Assembly: GCA_963513725.1 (NCBI GenBank)
Contig: CAUPRM010000004.1
Location: forward strand, 102,348 to 166,347
Length of the DNA stretch: 64,000 bases
Reading direction: 5' to 3'
Source: an uncultured Limnohabitans sp.
GTDB lineage: Bacteria; Pseudomonadota; Gammaproteobacteria; Burkholderiales; Burkholderiaceae_C
A program made the position numbers and the translations under genes. The notes beneath the pieces were generated by a model. The model had not been told where the DNA came from, searched no databases, and saw only the letters and a program-made list of their open reading frames with translations. This document shows positions 1 to 10,367 of the stretch, piece by piece. The first letter of the stretch is position 1. Every line of letters starts with the position of its first letter.

Positions 1-84
1 GCAGCCGGTGATGGCACCTTGTTGCTCGAAGTCGATGGCGGCAAAACAGTCAATTTTGCCGACGTCAAGCGCGTCGGTTCCTGA
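1..84 (+). CDS. flgD: 3' end of flagellar hook capping protein FlgD (partial)
   Basis: Frame 1 reads AAGDGTLLLEVDGGKTVNFADVKRVGS*, resembling the FlgD C-terminus; lies directly upstream of flgE. Confidence 0.7.
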   Translation, partial: AAGDGTLLLEVDGGKTVNFADVKRVGS

Positions 85-139
85 TTTACCGATCCAACGA
101 TCTAACGATTTAAGAATTTCTCACTGGAGTTAACGCACC

Positions 140-3100
140 ATGTCTTTTTATACCTCTCTGACCGGCTTGAACGCCGCCACCGCCCAGCTCGGCGTGACCG
201 CCAACAACATTGCCAACGTGAGTACCGTGGGTTTCAAGCGCAGCCGCGCTGACTTTGGCGACATTTTTGCCACCTCGCCGTTGCAAAAAGCGTCGTCCAC
301 CATCGGTCAAGGTGTGTCGCTGAAAAAAGTGACTCAAGAATTTGGACAGGGCAACATGACCTTCTCGTCCAACACCTTGGACTTGGCGATCAGCGGTGAT
401 GGTTTCTTTCCCCTCAAGTCGCAAGACGGTTTTCAGGACATCTTCACGCGTAACGGCTCATTCATGATGAACGACCAGTACAACGTGGTGAACTCAGCAG
501 GCCAGCGTTTGATGGCAGCGTCGGTTGACTCGTCCGGCAAAGCGAACTTGACTGACATGAACGTGCTCACCATCCCGCAAAAAACCACTGGCATGGCCAC
601 CCAAACCAGCAAAGTGCAACTGGGTTTGAACTTTCCTGCGGATGCAACTGTGATCACTTCCGAATTCAACCGCAACGACTCCACCACCTACAACAAAAGC
701 ACCGCTTTGACCGTGTATGACGGTGGCGGTAACGGTTACTTGGCCACGGTTTACTACGTCAAGACACAAAACGCGAGTCAAGAAACCCCAAACAACAAAT
801 GGCAAACCTTTGTGTATGTGGGCGATCAGTTGGTTGACGCTTCTTTGCAGCAAGCCACCAACAAGGTGGGTGAAGTCATGTACGTCAACAAATACGGCGA
901 ACTCAAAGCCAAGAGTGACTTCAAGACCCCTGATGAAATTGCTGCGCTGAACAGCAGCTTCTCCAAGAAGACCTACAAATTCTCACTCGATCAATTGAAC
1001 GACGTGCGCACCTCTCAGCCAGCAGCTGTCTCTGGTGGTAGCGCTACGGGCTTAGGCACTGGCACCAATGATGGCGTGGATTTCAGCAACTACGTTGTCA
1101 CACCCAAGGCTGAGTTGTTGGCCTTGCAAGGTGCAAACACTGCGGCTTACACCATGCCTACGGGCGCTGCCGCCACAGGTGATTTGTTTCAGGTGACGGT
1201 GGGCGCTGGTGGCGTACCCATCACCGTGCCTCCGTCGTCAGGCATTGGTCGCCCGACACTGACGGATGTGATCAACACCTTGAATGCCAATGCAGGTTTT
1301 GCTGCGTCGTACGTTGCTTCCGAAGGAACGGGCGCCGACGCTGGTAAATTGGTCGTCACTGCAACCGATCCGTTGTCGACCACGGCGATTGACACCGATG
1401 TGGTCATGACCAGTGGCCCCGCCGCGACACCCACAACGTTGGCAGCTGTTGGCACGCAGGGCTCACATGTGACGGCTGACCCGCAATTGGTTGGCAAGAA
1501 GAGCGCTGACGACTTGAAAAACCTGTTCGATATCAATATCGACAATTCGATTGAGCCGGTTTCTGTTGGCTTGGAGCGTTTGGCCGGTAAGGACGTCAAA
1601 TTGTCAGGTGCACAGATTGCAGCTGAATTGACCAACTCCATCAACCGTGCCTACGGCGATGAAAAGCCCTTCAACTTCAAGTCCACCACTGGAACCACGT
1701 TTTCGCTTCAACTGCCAATCAAGTCGCCCTTGACCAGCGCGCCTCTTGTCGACATCAGCTTGGCTGGTAAAGGCGATGCCGATGGCAACATGAAGTACGA
1801 AGATTTGGTGTCCGAAGTTCAGGACCAAATCGACGCCCGACTGGACGTGCTTAACCTGACACAAGGCGTTGGTCAGAAGTACGGCAAAGTTACCGTCAGT
1901 TACGACACCAAAGCCCAGCAACTGGTTTTCAAGCCCGATGGCAACGACAAAATTGCAGTTTTCAGCACCCAAACCAGTATTCGCCCCACCAACGACCCCA
2001 TCGTGCAAGGTGTGAATGACGACAGCGTTGGCTTAGGCATCACGCCTTCTGTCTCCACTGGCCCTTGGCGCGCCTCCAACGACCAGCGTTACGGCGCCAC
2101 GGTTGAATACGATGCGGTCAAAGGCGGCTTTGTTTTCAAGTCCGGCACCACCGGGGATTCCTCCAGCATCAGTTTGAGCAACATCAAACCAGCTAGCTTG
2201 GCCACCGTGAACGAACGAGGTTTGGGTCTGACAGGTGATCCAGCTTCTTACGTGGTGGGTCAATCCAAAATTGAAGCCTTGCGTGGCGTCACATCCATGC
2301 CCGCGGTGCTGGAAGGTAACGCCTTGGCGGTGAACGTGGACAACAACTTCTCTGTCGACACCACCAACAACCAGTTCGTGGTTTCGGTCAACGGTGTGAC
2401 GGGCACGGTGGTCGTTCCACCCAAAGACACGTACACGCTGAGCACCTTCATGGAAGCCCTGCAAAGCGGCATCAACAACCTGCAAGGCCCGTCGGTCGAT
2501 GGCGCCACGCCTCAAACTGTCGATGGTGTGAAGGTGACGTATGACACCAAAACCAACGCCTTGAAGTTCACCACGGGCACGGCATCGACCAGCTCTTACA
2601 TCAAAGTAACCGGCGACGCACGTTGGGGTTTGGATGGTTTGGACGCTCAGTTCGGCACCACCACCACTTGGATCAAACCCACACCTTTCAAGGACGACAA
2701 AAACGCGACGGTCTACATTGATGGCTTCGGTAAAGAGTCTTCTACCGCCACCGGCTTTGACAACTTGCCCGAATGGTCACCTGTTTACTTCGACAAAGGC
2801 GAGCTGACCTTTGACACAGCCGGTAACTTGGTTTCTCCCAAACAAGGCGCTCAACTCGACACCGTGTACTTGCCAAACGGTAAGGGCTCTTTGACGATCA
2901 ACATCGACTATTCCAAGTCGACTCAGTTCGCTTCGCCTTATGCGGTGCTGTCGCAGTCGCAAGACGGTGCGCCCGAAGGTGACTTGGTGGGCTTGGCGGT
3001 TAACGACGACGGTTTGGTCAACGCCAGTTACTCCAACGGCGCGCAAAAGTCGCTGGGCAAAGTGGTGTTGGTGAACTTCTCCAACCCCACCGGTTTGCGC

Positions 3101-3334
3101 CAGATTGGCGACACCAGTTACTACAAAACGTCTGATTCAGGCACCCCCAAGTACGGTGAAGCCGGTTCTGCCGGTTACGGCACGGTGCGCTCCGGCGCTA
3201 CCGAACGTGCGAACGTGGACTTGACGCAAGAGTTGGTGGACTTGATCACCGAACAGCGTAACTTCCAGGCCAACGCCAAAGCCATTGAGACCAGCACCTC
3301 GCTGACCTCGACCATCATTCAGATCCGCAACTAA
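140..3334 (+). CDS. flgE: Flagellar hook protein FlgE, very large (1064 aa)
   Basis: N-term SLTGLNAA..ANNIANVSTVGFKRSRADF, LDLAISGDGFF, TRNGSF; C-term ANVDLTQELVDLITEQRNFQANAKAI; GGAG RBS. Confidence 0.95.
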   Translation: MSFYTSLTGLNAATAQLGVTANNIANVSTVGFKRSRADFGDIFATSPLQKASSTIGQGVSLKKVTQEFGQGNMTFSSNTLDLAISGDGFFPLKSQDGFQDIFTRNGSFMMNDQYNVVNSAGQRLMAASVDSSGKANLTDMNVLTIPQKTTGMATQTSKVQLGLNFPADATVITSEFNRNDSTTYNKSTALTVYDGGGNGYLATVYYVKTQNASQETPNNKWQTFVYVGDQLVDASLQQATNKVGEVMYVNKYGELKAKSDFKTPDEIAALNSSFSKKTYKFSLDQLNDVRTSQPAAVSGGSATGLGTGTNDGVDFSNYVVTPKAELLALQGANTAAYTMPTGAAATGDLFQVTVGAGGVPITVPPSSGIGRPTLTDVINTLNANAGFAASYVASEGTGADAGKLVVTATDPLSTTAIDTDVVMTSGPAATPTTLAAVGTQGSHVTADPQLVGKKSADDLKNLFDINIDNSIEPVSVGLERLAGKDVKLSGAQIAAELTNSINRAYGDEKPFNFKSTTGTTFSLQLPIKSPLTSAPLVDISLAGKGDADGNMKYEDLVSEVQDQIDARLDVLNLTQGVGQKYGKVTVSYDTKAQQLVFKPDGNDKIAVFSTQTSIRPTNDPIVQGVNDDSVGLGITPSVSTGPWRASNDQRYGATVEYDAVKGGFVFKSGTTGDSSSISLSNIKPASLATVNERGLGLTGDPASYVVGQSKIEALRGVTSMPAVLEGNALAVNVDNNFSVDTTNNQFVVSVNGVTGTVVVPPKDTYTLSTFMEALQSGINNLQGPSVDGATPQTVDGVKVTYDTKTNALKFTTGTASTSSYIKVTGDARWGLDGLDAQFGTTTTWIKPTPFKDDKNATVYIDGFGKESSTATGFDNLPEWSPVYFDKGELTFDTAGNLVSPKQGAQLDTVYLPNGKGSLTINIDYSKSTQFASPYAVLSQSQDGAPEGDLVGLAVNDDGLVNASYSNGAQKSLGKVVLVNFSNPTGLRQIGDTSYYKTSDSGTPKYGEAGSAGYGTVRSGATERANVDLTQELVDLITEQRNFQANAKAIETSTSLTSTIIQIRN

Positions 3335-3356
3335 GCGGACGCACTGAGAGCCTGAC

Positions 3357-4121
3357 ATGGACCGCTTATCTTTTAACTCGATGGCTGCGATCAACGAGGA
3401 GCGCATTGCGCGCCACCAGTTGTCCAACGAGATCGCCAACGTGTCGACCATTGGTTTTAAGAAAACCTTTGACGTCACTTTGCAATCGCACCAAGCGGTC
3501 GGTCAGGGCTTTGACTCGCGCATTCAGCCGCGCATGTATGTCAACGACCAAGTGCAGCTCGACCCAGGCCCTTTGATGGTCACGGGCCGTGATTTGGACG
3601 TGGCTCTGAACCACAAAACCGTCTTGGGCGTCACCGGCAGCAATGGCGAGCTGGCGTTCACGCGTCGTGGCGACCTCAAGGTCAACGCCAGCGGTGTGTT
3701 GGAAACCGGCACCGGTCACTTGGTGCGCGGTCAAGACGGCGGGCCCATCACCGTACCGCCCGGTTTTAAGTTGTCCTTTGGCACTGACGGCACGCTTTAC
3801 GCCATTGATCCTGCCCAGCAAGGCGTACCCCAGCAGCAGGCCATTGCCCAGCTGCTGCTGCGTGATGCCAGTGCCACACCGTTGAGCAAGCGTGAAGACG
3901 GTTTGTTCAAAGTTGTCGGAAAAGAAGCTGGCACGGACTTTGCAACTGGTCCAGAGCCAGTTTCTTTGACACCGCAGGCCGTAGAAGGCAGCAGCGTCAA
4001 TCCAATGGCATCGATGGTCAAGCTGATTGAACAGAGCCGCTCGTTTGAGCACCAGGTTCGAATCATCAAAGAAAGCAAGTCCAACGATGAGTCGGGCGCC
4101 TCCATGATGAAGGCGTCCTGA
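3357..4121 (+). CDS. flgF: Flagellar basal-body rod protein FlgF
   Basis: IANVSTIGFK, TGRDLDVAL, TRRGDL, EGSSVNPMASMVKLIEQSRSFE; position between flgE and flgG. Confidence 0.9.
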   Translation: MDRLSFNSMAAINEERIARHQLSNEIANVSTIGFKKTFDVTLQSHQAVGQGFDSRIQPRMYVNDQVQLDPGPLMVTGRDLDVALNHKTVLGVTGSNGELAFTRRGDLKVNASGVLETGTGHLVRGQDGGPITVPPGFKLSFGTDGTLYAIDPAQQGVPQQQAIAQLLLRDASATPLSKREDGLFKVVGKEAGTDFATGPEPVSLTPQAVEGSSVNPMASMVKLIEQSRSFEHQVRIIKESKSNDESGASMMKAS

Positions 4122-4151
4122 ATTTGACAGTTTTAAAGGGAGCGATCAATC

Positions 4152-4937
4152 ATGGACGCATCATTGTGGGTAGCCAAAACGGGTCTTGACGCGCAGCAAA
4201 CGCGTATGAACGTCATCTCGAACAACTTGGCCAACGTGAACACGACCGGGTTCAAGCGCGACCGAGCTGTCTTTGAGGACTTGCTGTACCAAAACATCAA
4301 GCAGCCGGGTGGTCAAACCACCAACAACACCCAATCTCCTACGGGTTTCATGCTCGGTACGGGTGTGAAGATCAATGCCACTGAAAAGCTGCACATGCAG
4401 GGCAATATGGTCAACAGCCAAGCCCCGCTGGACGTGGCCATCACCGGTGACGGCTACTTCCAAATTCAAATGCCAGACGGCACCACGTCGTACTCGCGTG
4501 ACGGTAACTTCAAGATCTCCAGCACCGGCCAAATGGTGACCTCACAAGGTTTCCCGTTGATTCCGGCGATCACCATCCCCAACAACGCAGCCAGCTTGAC
4601 CATTGGCCGTGACGGCACAGTCAGCGCTGAGTTGGTGGCAGGTGGCGGTGCTCAAAACATTGGCCAGATTCAGATCGCGCGTTTCGTCAACCCAAGTGGC
4701 TTAAAGCCTATTGGTAACAACCTGTACGACTCGTCGCAAGCCAGCGGTCAAGCGCAAATTTTGCAGCCCGGCCTCAACGGTGCAGGCACGCTGAACCAAG
4801 GTTCGCTCGAAGCGTCCAACGTGAACGTGGTCGAAGAGATGGTCAACATGATCGAGACCCAACGCGCCTACGAGATCAACTCCAAAGCCGTCTCGGCCGT
4901 GGACGGCATGCTCAAGTACTTGAACCAAAACATGTGA
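4152..4937 (+). CDS. flgG: Flagellar distal rod protein FlgG
   Basis: SLWVAKTGLDAQQTRMNVISNNLANVNTTGFKR..FEDLLYQ; LEASNVNVVEEMVNMIETQRAYEINSK; 261 aa. Confidence 0.97.
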   Translation: MDASLWVAKTGLDAQQTRMNVISNNLANVNTTGFKRDRAVFEDLLYQNIKQPGGQTTNNTQSPTGFMLGTGVKINATEKLHMQGNMVNSQAPLDVAITGDGYFQIQMPDGTTSYSRDGNFKISSTGQMVTSQGFPLIPAITIPNNAASLTIGRDGTVSAELVAGGGAQNIGQIQIARFVNPSGLKPIGNNLYDSSQASGQAQILQPGLNGAGTLNQGSLEASNVNVVEEMVNMIETQRAYEINSKAVSAVDGMLKYLNQNM

Positions 4938-4948
4938 TGAGGTTCCTG

Positions 4949-5632
4949 ATGAAACTCCTTCACACGCTTTCTCTCATGGCCTATGTGGCTGCGCTGCAAG
5001 GCTGCGCCTCCGAGCCGGTCGATTTGGTCCTCAAATCGTCACCCGACTTTGCCCCTGTCTATCCTTTGGCCTCAGACCGGCCAAAGATTGCCACCGGCGG
5101 CATCTACAACAACCGGCAAAGCGACGCTTGGTTTGGCCGTGGCCGCAATTACCAAGTGGGCGACATCATCACCGTGCTGCTGAATGAGTCCACACAGGCG
5201 GCACGCACGCAAAACACCGACGTCAGCCGCGAATCTAAAAATTCTCTGCCGACGGGTCTCAGCACCCAAGTTGGCAAGATTTCGCCGCTGTTCAACGGCA
5301 TCAACCTCAACGAGAACGCCAACAGCAGCAAAGGTGCAGGCAAAGCCGACCAGCAAGCCTCTTTGGTGGGTTCTGTTGCGGTGACCGTGGTTGAAATTTT
5401 GGCCAACGGCAACTTGATCATCCGTGGCGAGAAAAAACTGGGCCTGTCCGAAGGCACCGAGGTCATTCAAGTCTCAGGCGTCATTCGTCCTGAAGACGTG
5501 GGCCCGAACAGCACCGTGCAGTCACGCCGCTTGGCCAACGCACAAATTGCCTACCGTGGCTCGGGTGACTTGGCCAATGCGACCAAAGCAGGCTGGGGAA
5601 CCTCTGCTTTGCACAAATACTGGCCCTTCTAA
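4949..5632 (+). CDS. flgH: Flagellar L-ring lipoprotein FlgH
   Basis: Lipobox LQGC, VGDIITVLLNEST, GVIRPEDV..N.VQSRRLANAQIAY, C-terminal WPF; start uncertain (4937 or 4949). Confidence 0.95.
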   Translation: MKLLHTLSLMAYVAALQGCASEPVDLVLKSSPDFAPVYPLASDRPKIATGGIYNNRQSDAWFGRGRNYQVGDIITVLLNESTQAARTQNTDVSRESKNSLPTGLSTQVGKISPLFNGINLNENANSSKGAGKADQQASLVGSVAVTVVEILANGNLIIRGEKKLGLSEGTEVIQVSGVIRPEDVGPNSTVQSRRLANAQIAYRGSGDLANATKAGWGTSALHKYWPF

Positions 5633-5647
5633 GCGAACGAGTTCTTC

Positions 5648-6787
5648 ATGTTGCGTCTTTCTTCCTTTTTCCGTCTTTGTGTGGCCAGTTTGAGTTTGCT
5701 GGCTGCGGGCAGCGCTTGCGCTGACCGTGTCAAAGACTTGGCCACGCTGGCGGCCCAACGCCCGAACCAATTGATTGGTTACGGCTTGGTCGTCGGCTTG
5801 CAAGGCACGGGCGATGACGCCTCGGTGCCCTTCACCACCCAAAGCATGAAAGCGATGCTGGCGCAAATGGGCGTGCGCATTGACGGTCCTTTGACCGACT
5901 TCGAACAAGCCTCGACCGCAGCCCGCGTGGACATCAAAAACACGGCCGCTGTGTTGGTCACTGCTGATTTGCCTGGCTTTGCCAAGCCGGGTCAACGCAT
6001 TGACATCAACGTGTCGGCCATCGGCAAAGCCACCAATTTGCGCGGCGGCAGTTTGATCATGACGGCCATGCGCGGTGTGGACGGCGAAATTTATGCCTTG
6101 GCACAAGGTGCGCTGACCGCCACTGGCATTGACGCCAGCCAAGCGGGCTCGAAAGTCGCCATCGGTGTGCCCACCTCCGCTCGCATTCCGGGCGGCGCGA
6201 TTGTGGAGCGCATTGTGGACACCCCGTTTGAGACCGCTGAAAACGTGATCTACAACATCCGTGAAAACGATTTCTCGACCACGACGGCCATCGTCAACGC
6301 GATCAATAAAAAATTTGGCGGCGACGTGGCACAAGCTTTGGATGGTGTTTCGGTATCGGTACGAGCCCCTAAAAACTTGAATCAACGCGTGTCATTCATG
6401 AGCATGGTGGAGGCCTTGGAAATCACACCGGGTGAACCCCCAGCGCGTGTGGTCATCAACTCACGCACAGGCACCGTGGTCATCAACCGCTCGGTGCGTG
6501 TGACGGCTGCTGCGGTGTCGCACGGCACGATCTCGGTCGCCATCACGGCCACCAACGAGGTGTCGCAGCCCAATGCGTTTGCAGGCGGTCAAACGGCTGA
6601 GGTGCAAAACGCAGACATCAAAGTCAATGAGCCGAACAAGCCGATGTTCTTGTTCCAGCCTGGTGTGGAGTTGCGTCAAATTGTGGACGCCGTCAACCAA
6701 GTGGGCGCGTCGCCTTCGGCCTTGATTGCCATTCTTGAAGCCTTGAAAAGCTCCGGCAGCCTGCGCGCCGAGTTGGTCATCATCTAA
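5648..6787 (+). CDS. flgI: Flagellar P-ring protein FlgI
   Basis: Signal peptide then DRVKDL..RPNQLIGYGLVVGLQGTGD; ARVVINSRTGTVV; LIAILEALKSSGSLRAEL. Confidence 0.97.
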   Translation: MLRLSSFFRLCVASLSLLAAGSACADRVKDLATLAAQRPNQLIGYGLVVGLQGTGDDASVPFTTQSMKAMLAQMGVRIDGPLTDFEQASTAARVDIKNTAAVLVTADLPGFAKPGQRIDINVSAIGKATNLRGGSLIMTAMRGVDGEIYALAQGALTATGIDASQAGSKVAIGVPTSARIPGGAIVERIVDTPFETAENVIYNIRENDFSTTTAIVNAINKKFGGDVAQALDGVSVSVRAPKNLNQRVSFMSMVEALEITPGEPPARVVINSRTGTVVINRSVRVTAAAVSHGTISVAITATNEVSQPNAFAGGQTAEVQNADIKVNEPNKPMFLFQPGVELRQIVDAVNQVGASPSALIAILEALKSSGSLRAELVII

Positions 6788-6798
6788 AGAGAACTGAC

Positions 6799-7278
6799 AT
6801 GAGCAGCCCCGTCGACACCTCCACCACCCGGTCCTACCTGGACTTTTCGGGTCTGGGTGAGTTGCGTGGCCAAGCGCAGCAAAACCAAGACAAAGCGCTG
6901 AAAGAATCAGCACAACAATTCGAAGGCCTCTTCATCCAAATGATGATGAAGTCCATGCGCGAAGCCACCATGAAGGACGAGGACAACCAGTCCAGCGGCG
7001 TGGAAACTTTTGAAGGCATGTTTGACAAAGAAGTCTCCATGCAAATGGCCAAACGCAGCGCCTTGGGTGTGGCCGACTACATGGCCAAAGCGGTCAAACA
7101 AAACCAACCCAGCACGGCTGACATGCTCAAAGCACGTCAAGTCGGCGGCATGGCTTTGAACCCCAAAGAGCCGGCCTTGCCCATGAACGCAACGCCTGCA
7201 GTCAATCCGTTGAAGTTCAACATGCCCGTGATCAAGCCTTTGCATGACACCAAGAAACTGCTTGGAGGTGGTTCATGA
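6799..7278 (+). CDS. flgJ: Rod assembly protein FlgJ, single-domain (no muramidase domain)
   Basis: ALKESAQQFEGLFIQMMMKSMREA rod-binding motif; only 159 aa. Confidence 0.9.
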   Translation: MSSPVDTSTTRSYLDFSGLGELRGQAQQNQDKALKESAQQFEGLFIQMMMKSMREATMKDEDNQSSGVETFEGMFDKEVSMQMAKRSALGVADYMAKAVKQNQPSTADMLKARQVGGMALNPKEPALPMNATPAVNPLKFNMPVIKPLHDTKKLLGGGS

Positions 7279-10200
7279 GTGACATGCTAGGCATCAGCGG
7301 CAACGCCATTGGCGCGTACCAACGTGCGTTGAGCACGGTGGGCAACAACATTGCCAACGTCAACACCGAAGGCTATTCGCGCCAAGACGCGGTTCTGAAA
7401 GACTCCGCGCCTCAAAAATCGGCCGCCATGTTTTTTGGCACAGGTGTGGAGTTGCAAACCGTCAAGCGTCAGTTTGATGCGTTTGCCGAATCTAACTTGC
7501 GCAACAGCACCAGCGACTTGGCCAGCCAAAAACCGATGGTGGAGTACACCAAGCGCGTGATGGACATCATGGGCGACAAGAGCGTGGGCTTGAGCTCGGC
7601 GTTGGACGACTTCTTCAATGCCGCCAGCAGCTTGTCGGCCGACCCCGCCTCGACCGTGCTGCGTACCACCTTTATGCGCAGTTCGGAAGGCGTGGCGTCA
7701 CGTTTTGCCGAACTCTCGGGCCAGCTCGATTTGGTGGCGACCGAAACCCGTCAAGCCGTCGAAAGTACGGCCACACAAATCAACACCCTCACCAGCCAAT
7801 TGGCCTTGGTGAACCAAGCCATGGCCAAAGCGACGTCGGTCAATTTGCAGCCGCCTGAGTTGTTGGACCGTCGTGACTTGATGTTGCGCCAGTTGTCCGA
7901 TTTGGCGCGCATCAAAACCAGCTTCAGCACCAACGGTGCGGTCACGGTCAGCATGGGCACTACCCTGACCCAAGGTCTGGTGGTTGACGGACAAAAGTCA
8001 CGTCCTGTGGGCTTAGACCCCGCTGTCAAGGACCGCGTGAGCTTGGTGATTGACCCCTACGGCAACAGCGAGTCATTGGCCAGTGCCAGCGGCGGCCAAA
8101 TGGGTGGTTACCAAAGTTTCATCAGCCAAGTCTTGGAGCCGGCCCAAAAGAATTTGAACTCGTTGGCCCAAACCTTCGTCATTGAAACCAATGCGGTTCA
8201 ACAGAACGGCATCGACGGTTACGGAAAAATGGGCACCGATTTGTTCGCCATTGACCCAGCCGCGCCCCATGCTGCCGGTGGCATTCGCATGGCCTTGAAC
8301 GATGCTTTGCGTGTGGCTACGGCTGCCCAGTTTCGGGTCAGCGAAAGCAATACCAACGTCAGTGCCACCCGTGCCACGGTCAAGTTTTCGGGCTTGACGC
8401 CTGCCACGCCTTTGAGCAACCCATCGCTGGTGAACAACCCCAATGCCACAGCAGGCGTGACCTTCAAAGTCGATGGCGCGCGTTTGTTCACGCCGGTGAC
8501 CACATTGGCTGCAGGTGTGAAAGCTGCGTTTTATTTGGACGAGGCCGACAAAGGCCAACAGCTGCAAGTGATGACCCGTGATGGACGTCAGTTGTTGGGC
8601 AAGACCTTGAGTTTGGACGAAGAGTTTCAGCTCATGTCACCCAGCAATGGCTTTGTACCCAATGCCACCTACAGCGACGCCTATCTGAACAAGACAGGGC
8701 CAGATGGTTACCGTGATTTAGACCTTTTCTACGGTGCTAAAGCCACGGTCTTGTATGGTCAAAGCTTTGATGTCAATGGTGTCTCTGCCAACACTGTTCC
8801 CATGCCTGCTGTGCTTGAGACTGGACGGGTGCCCGGTGATGGCACCGCTATTGAGCCAGGCGCTTTGGTGCTCAATGGTGTGAAGTTGGGCGGGCTCAAG
8901 GCTTCGGCAAAACCGTCTGATGTGGCGGCTTTGATCAATCTGAGCTCGGGCGCCACCAATATTCGCGCTGAGGCTTTCAGTGAAATTCGTGTGTCAGGCA
9001 GTCAGCTTGACTTCACGCAGGCGTTGACCATCAACGGCCTCTCTGTTCCTAAAACCTATTTCAGCATCGAGACCTTGGCGCAAGCTATCAACACTCGGTT
9101 CGCTGGTGAATCAATCAGTCAAAAAGTCACTGCCATCGTCACTAGCGCGGGTGAGTTAGTCCTCAAAAATTCAAACAATTTGCCCATCACCATCAATGCG
9201 AACGCGGGTGCGCAACCTGGGCTAAATGCTCTCAACTTGTCACCTAATACCTACGATGGACAAGTTCGCATGGTCCAAGTGGTGCGCGACATGGTGGTCT
9301 CAAGTACGGATATAAATTTGACCAAACCGTTGTCAATTAACGGTAATGAGATTCTGGCCAGCAACAGCGGCATTCGCTCTATTCAGAGCCTGATTGTTGC
9401 GATCAACGACAAATCTGCAAACACAGGCGTTAAGGCAGACTTAGATAGCACTGGCAATTTGAAGTTATCAACCACCTCAGCGATTGATCCGAACGGGACA
9501 CTCAGTATTTCGATCGGCCCTGGTAAGGAGGATGACGGGACTTACGGTGCCAATGCGTTGGGCCTTGAGCCTCTTGATTATGACGTAACTGAGCGTCTCC
9601 AGCGAAAGCTCGCTGCCGATCCAACGCAAACCGACATTCGCTTGTCCTTCGGAAAATTTGGTGTGCCGCCTGATGAAAAAACAGGCGACCCTTCCGATCT
9701 GGCGAAGCTTGGTCTGCGTACAGGTGCCTTCATTGAAGGTGGCAGTCCGGATGACTTGTTGGTTTTCATCACAGGAACAGGAACAGTCAAGGTAGCGACC
9801 AGCTTCACTGGTGAACCTGATGTGCCGCGTGATAGTTTACGTAGCCAATCGTTAACGGTGAAGTTCACTGCGGCAAATCGCTTCAGCATCATCGATACAA
9901 AAACCGGCACCGAGTTAGCGAATCGCAGTTACGACAACTCGCCGCTGGAGCCGGTGATCGAATTTCAAGGCTTGCAAATCAAATTCAATCACGCACCCAG
10001 CGTGGGAGATAGCTACCAAGTCGACGGTAACCAAGACGGTTTGGGCAACAACGTCAACATGCTTGACATGGTGGAGCTCAATCGCAAGCCGGTGGTCAAT
10101 GGCAAAACCTTGGCCAATAGCTACATCGACCAAATCAACAACGTGGGTAACCTCGCGCAGCAAGCCACCATCACCCAACAAGCCTTGACCGTTGTCAACG

Positions 10201-10352
10201 ACCAAGCCATTGCTTCGCGCGACAAAATTTCGGGCGTCAACCTAGACGACGAAGCGGCCAACCTCATTCGCTTGCAACAGGCCTACCAAGCCAACGCCAA
10301 AGTGTTGCAAATCTCTGGTCAATTGTTTGACGCCATTGTCCAAATTCGCTGA
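7275..10352 (+). CDS. flgK: Hook-associated protein FlgK (HAP1), large (1025 aa)
   Basis: AYQRALSTVGNNIANVNTEGYSRQ; LLDRRDLML; ISGVNLDDEAANLIRLQQAYQANAKVL. Confidence 0.95.
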   Translation: MSDMLGISGNAIGAYQRALSTVGNNIANVNTEGYSRQDAVLKDSAPQKSAAMFFGTGVELQTVKRQFDAFAESNLRNSTSDLASQKPMVEYTKRVMDIMGDKSVGLSSALDDFFNAASSLSADPASTVLRTTFMRSSEGVASRFAELSGQLDLVATETRQAVESTATQINTLTSQLALVNQAMAKATSVNLQPPELLDRRDLMLRQLSDLARIKTSFSTNGAVTVSMGTTLTQGLVVDGQKSRPVGLDPAVKDRVSLVIDPYGNSESLASASGGQMGGYQSFISQVLEPAQKNLNSLAQTFVIETNAVQQNGIDGYGKMGTDLFAIDPAAPHAAGGIRMALNDALRVATAAQFRVSESNTNVSATRATVKFSGLTPATPLSNPSLVNNPNATAGVTFKVDGARLFTPVTTLAAGVKAAFYLDEADKGQQLQVMTRDGRQLLGKTLSLDEEFQLMSPSNGFVPNATYSDAYLNKTGPDGYRDLDLFYGAKATVLYGQSFDVNGVSANTVPMPAVLETGRVPGDGTAIEPGALVLNGVKLGGLKASAKPSDVAALINLSSGATNIRAEAFSEIRVSGSQLDFTQALTINGLSVPKTYFSIETLAQAINTRFAGESISQKVTAIVTSAGELVLKNSNNLPITINANAGAQPGLNALNLSPNTYDGQVRMVQVVRDMVVSSTDINLTKPLSINGNEILASNSGIRSIQSLIVAINDKSANTGVKADLDSTGNLKLSTTSAIDPNGTLSISIGPGKEDDGTYGANALGLEPLDYDVTERLQRKLAADPTQTDIRLSFGKFGVPPDEKTGDPSDLAKLGLRTGAFIEGGSPDDLLVFITGTGTVKVATSFTGEPDVPRDSLRSQSLTVKFTAANRFSIIDTKTGTELANRSYDNSPLEPVIEFQGLQIKFNHAPSVGDSYQVDGNQDGLGNNVNMLDMVELNRKPVVNGKTLANSYIDQINNVGNLAQQATITQQALTVVNDQAIASRDKISGVNLDDEAANLIRLQQAYQANAKVLQISGQLFDAIVQIR

Positions 10353-10367
10353 TAGAGGCCATACACC

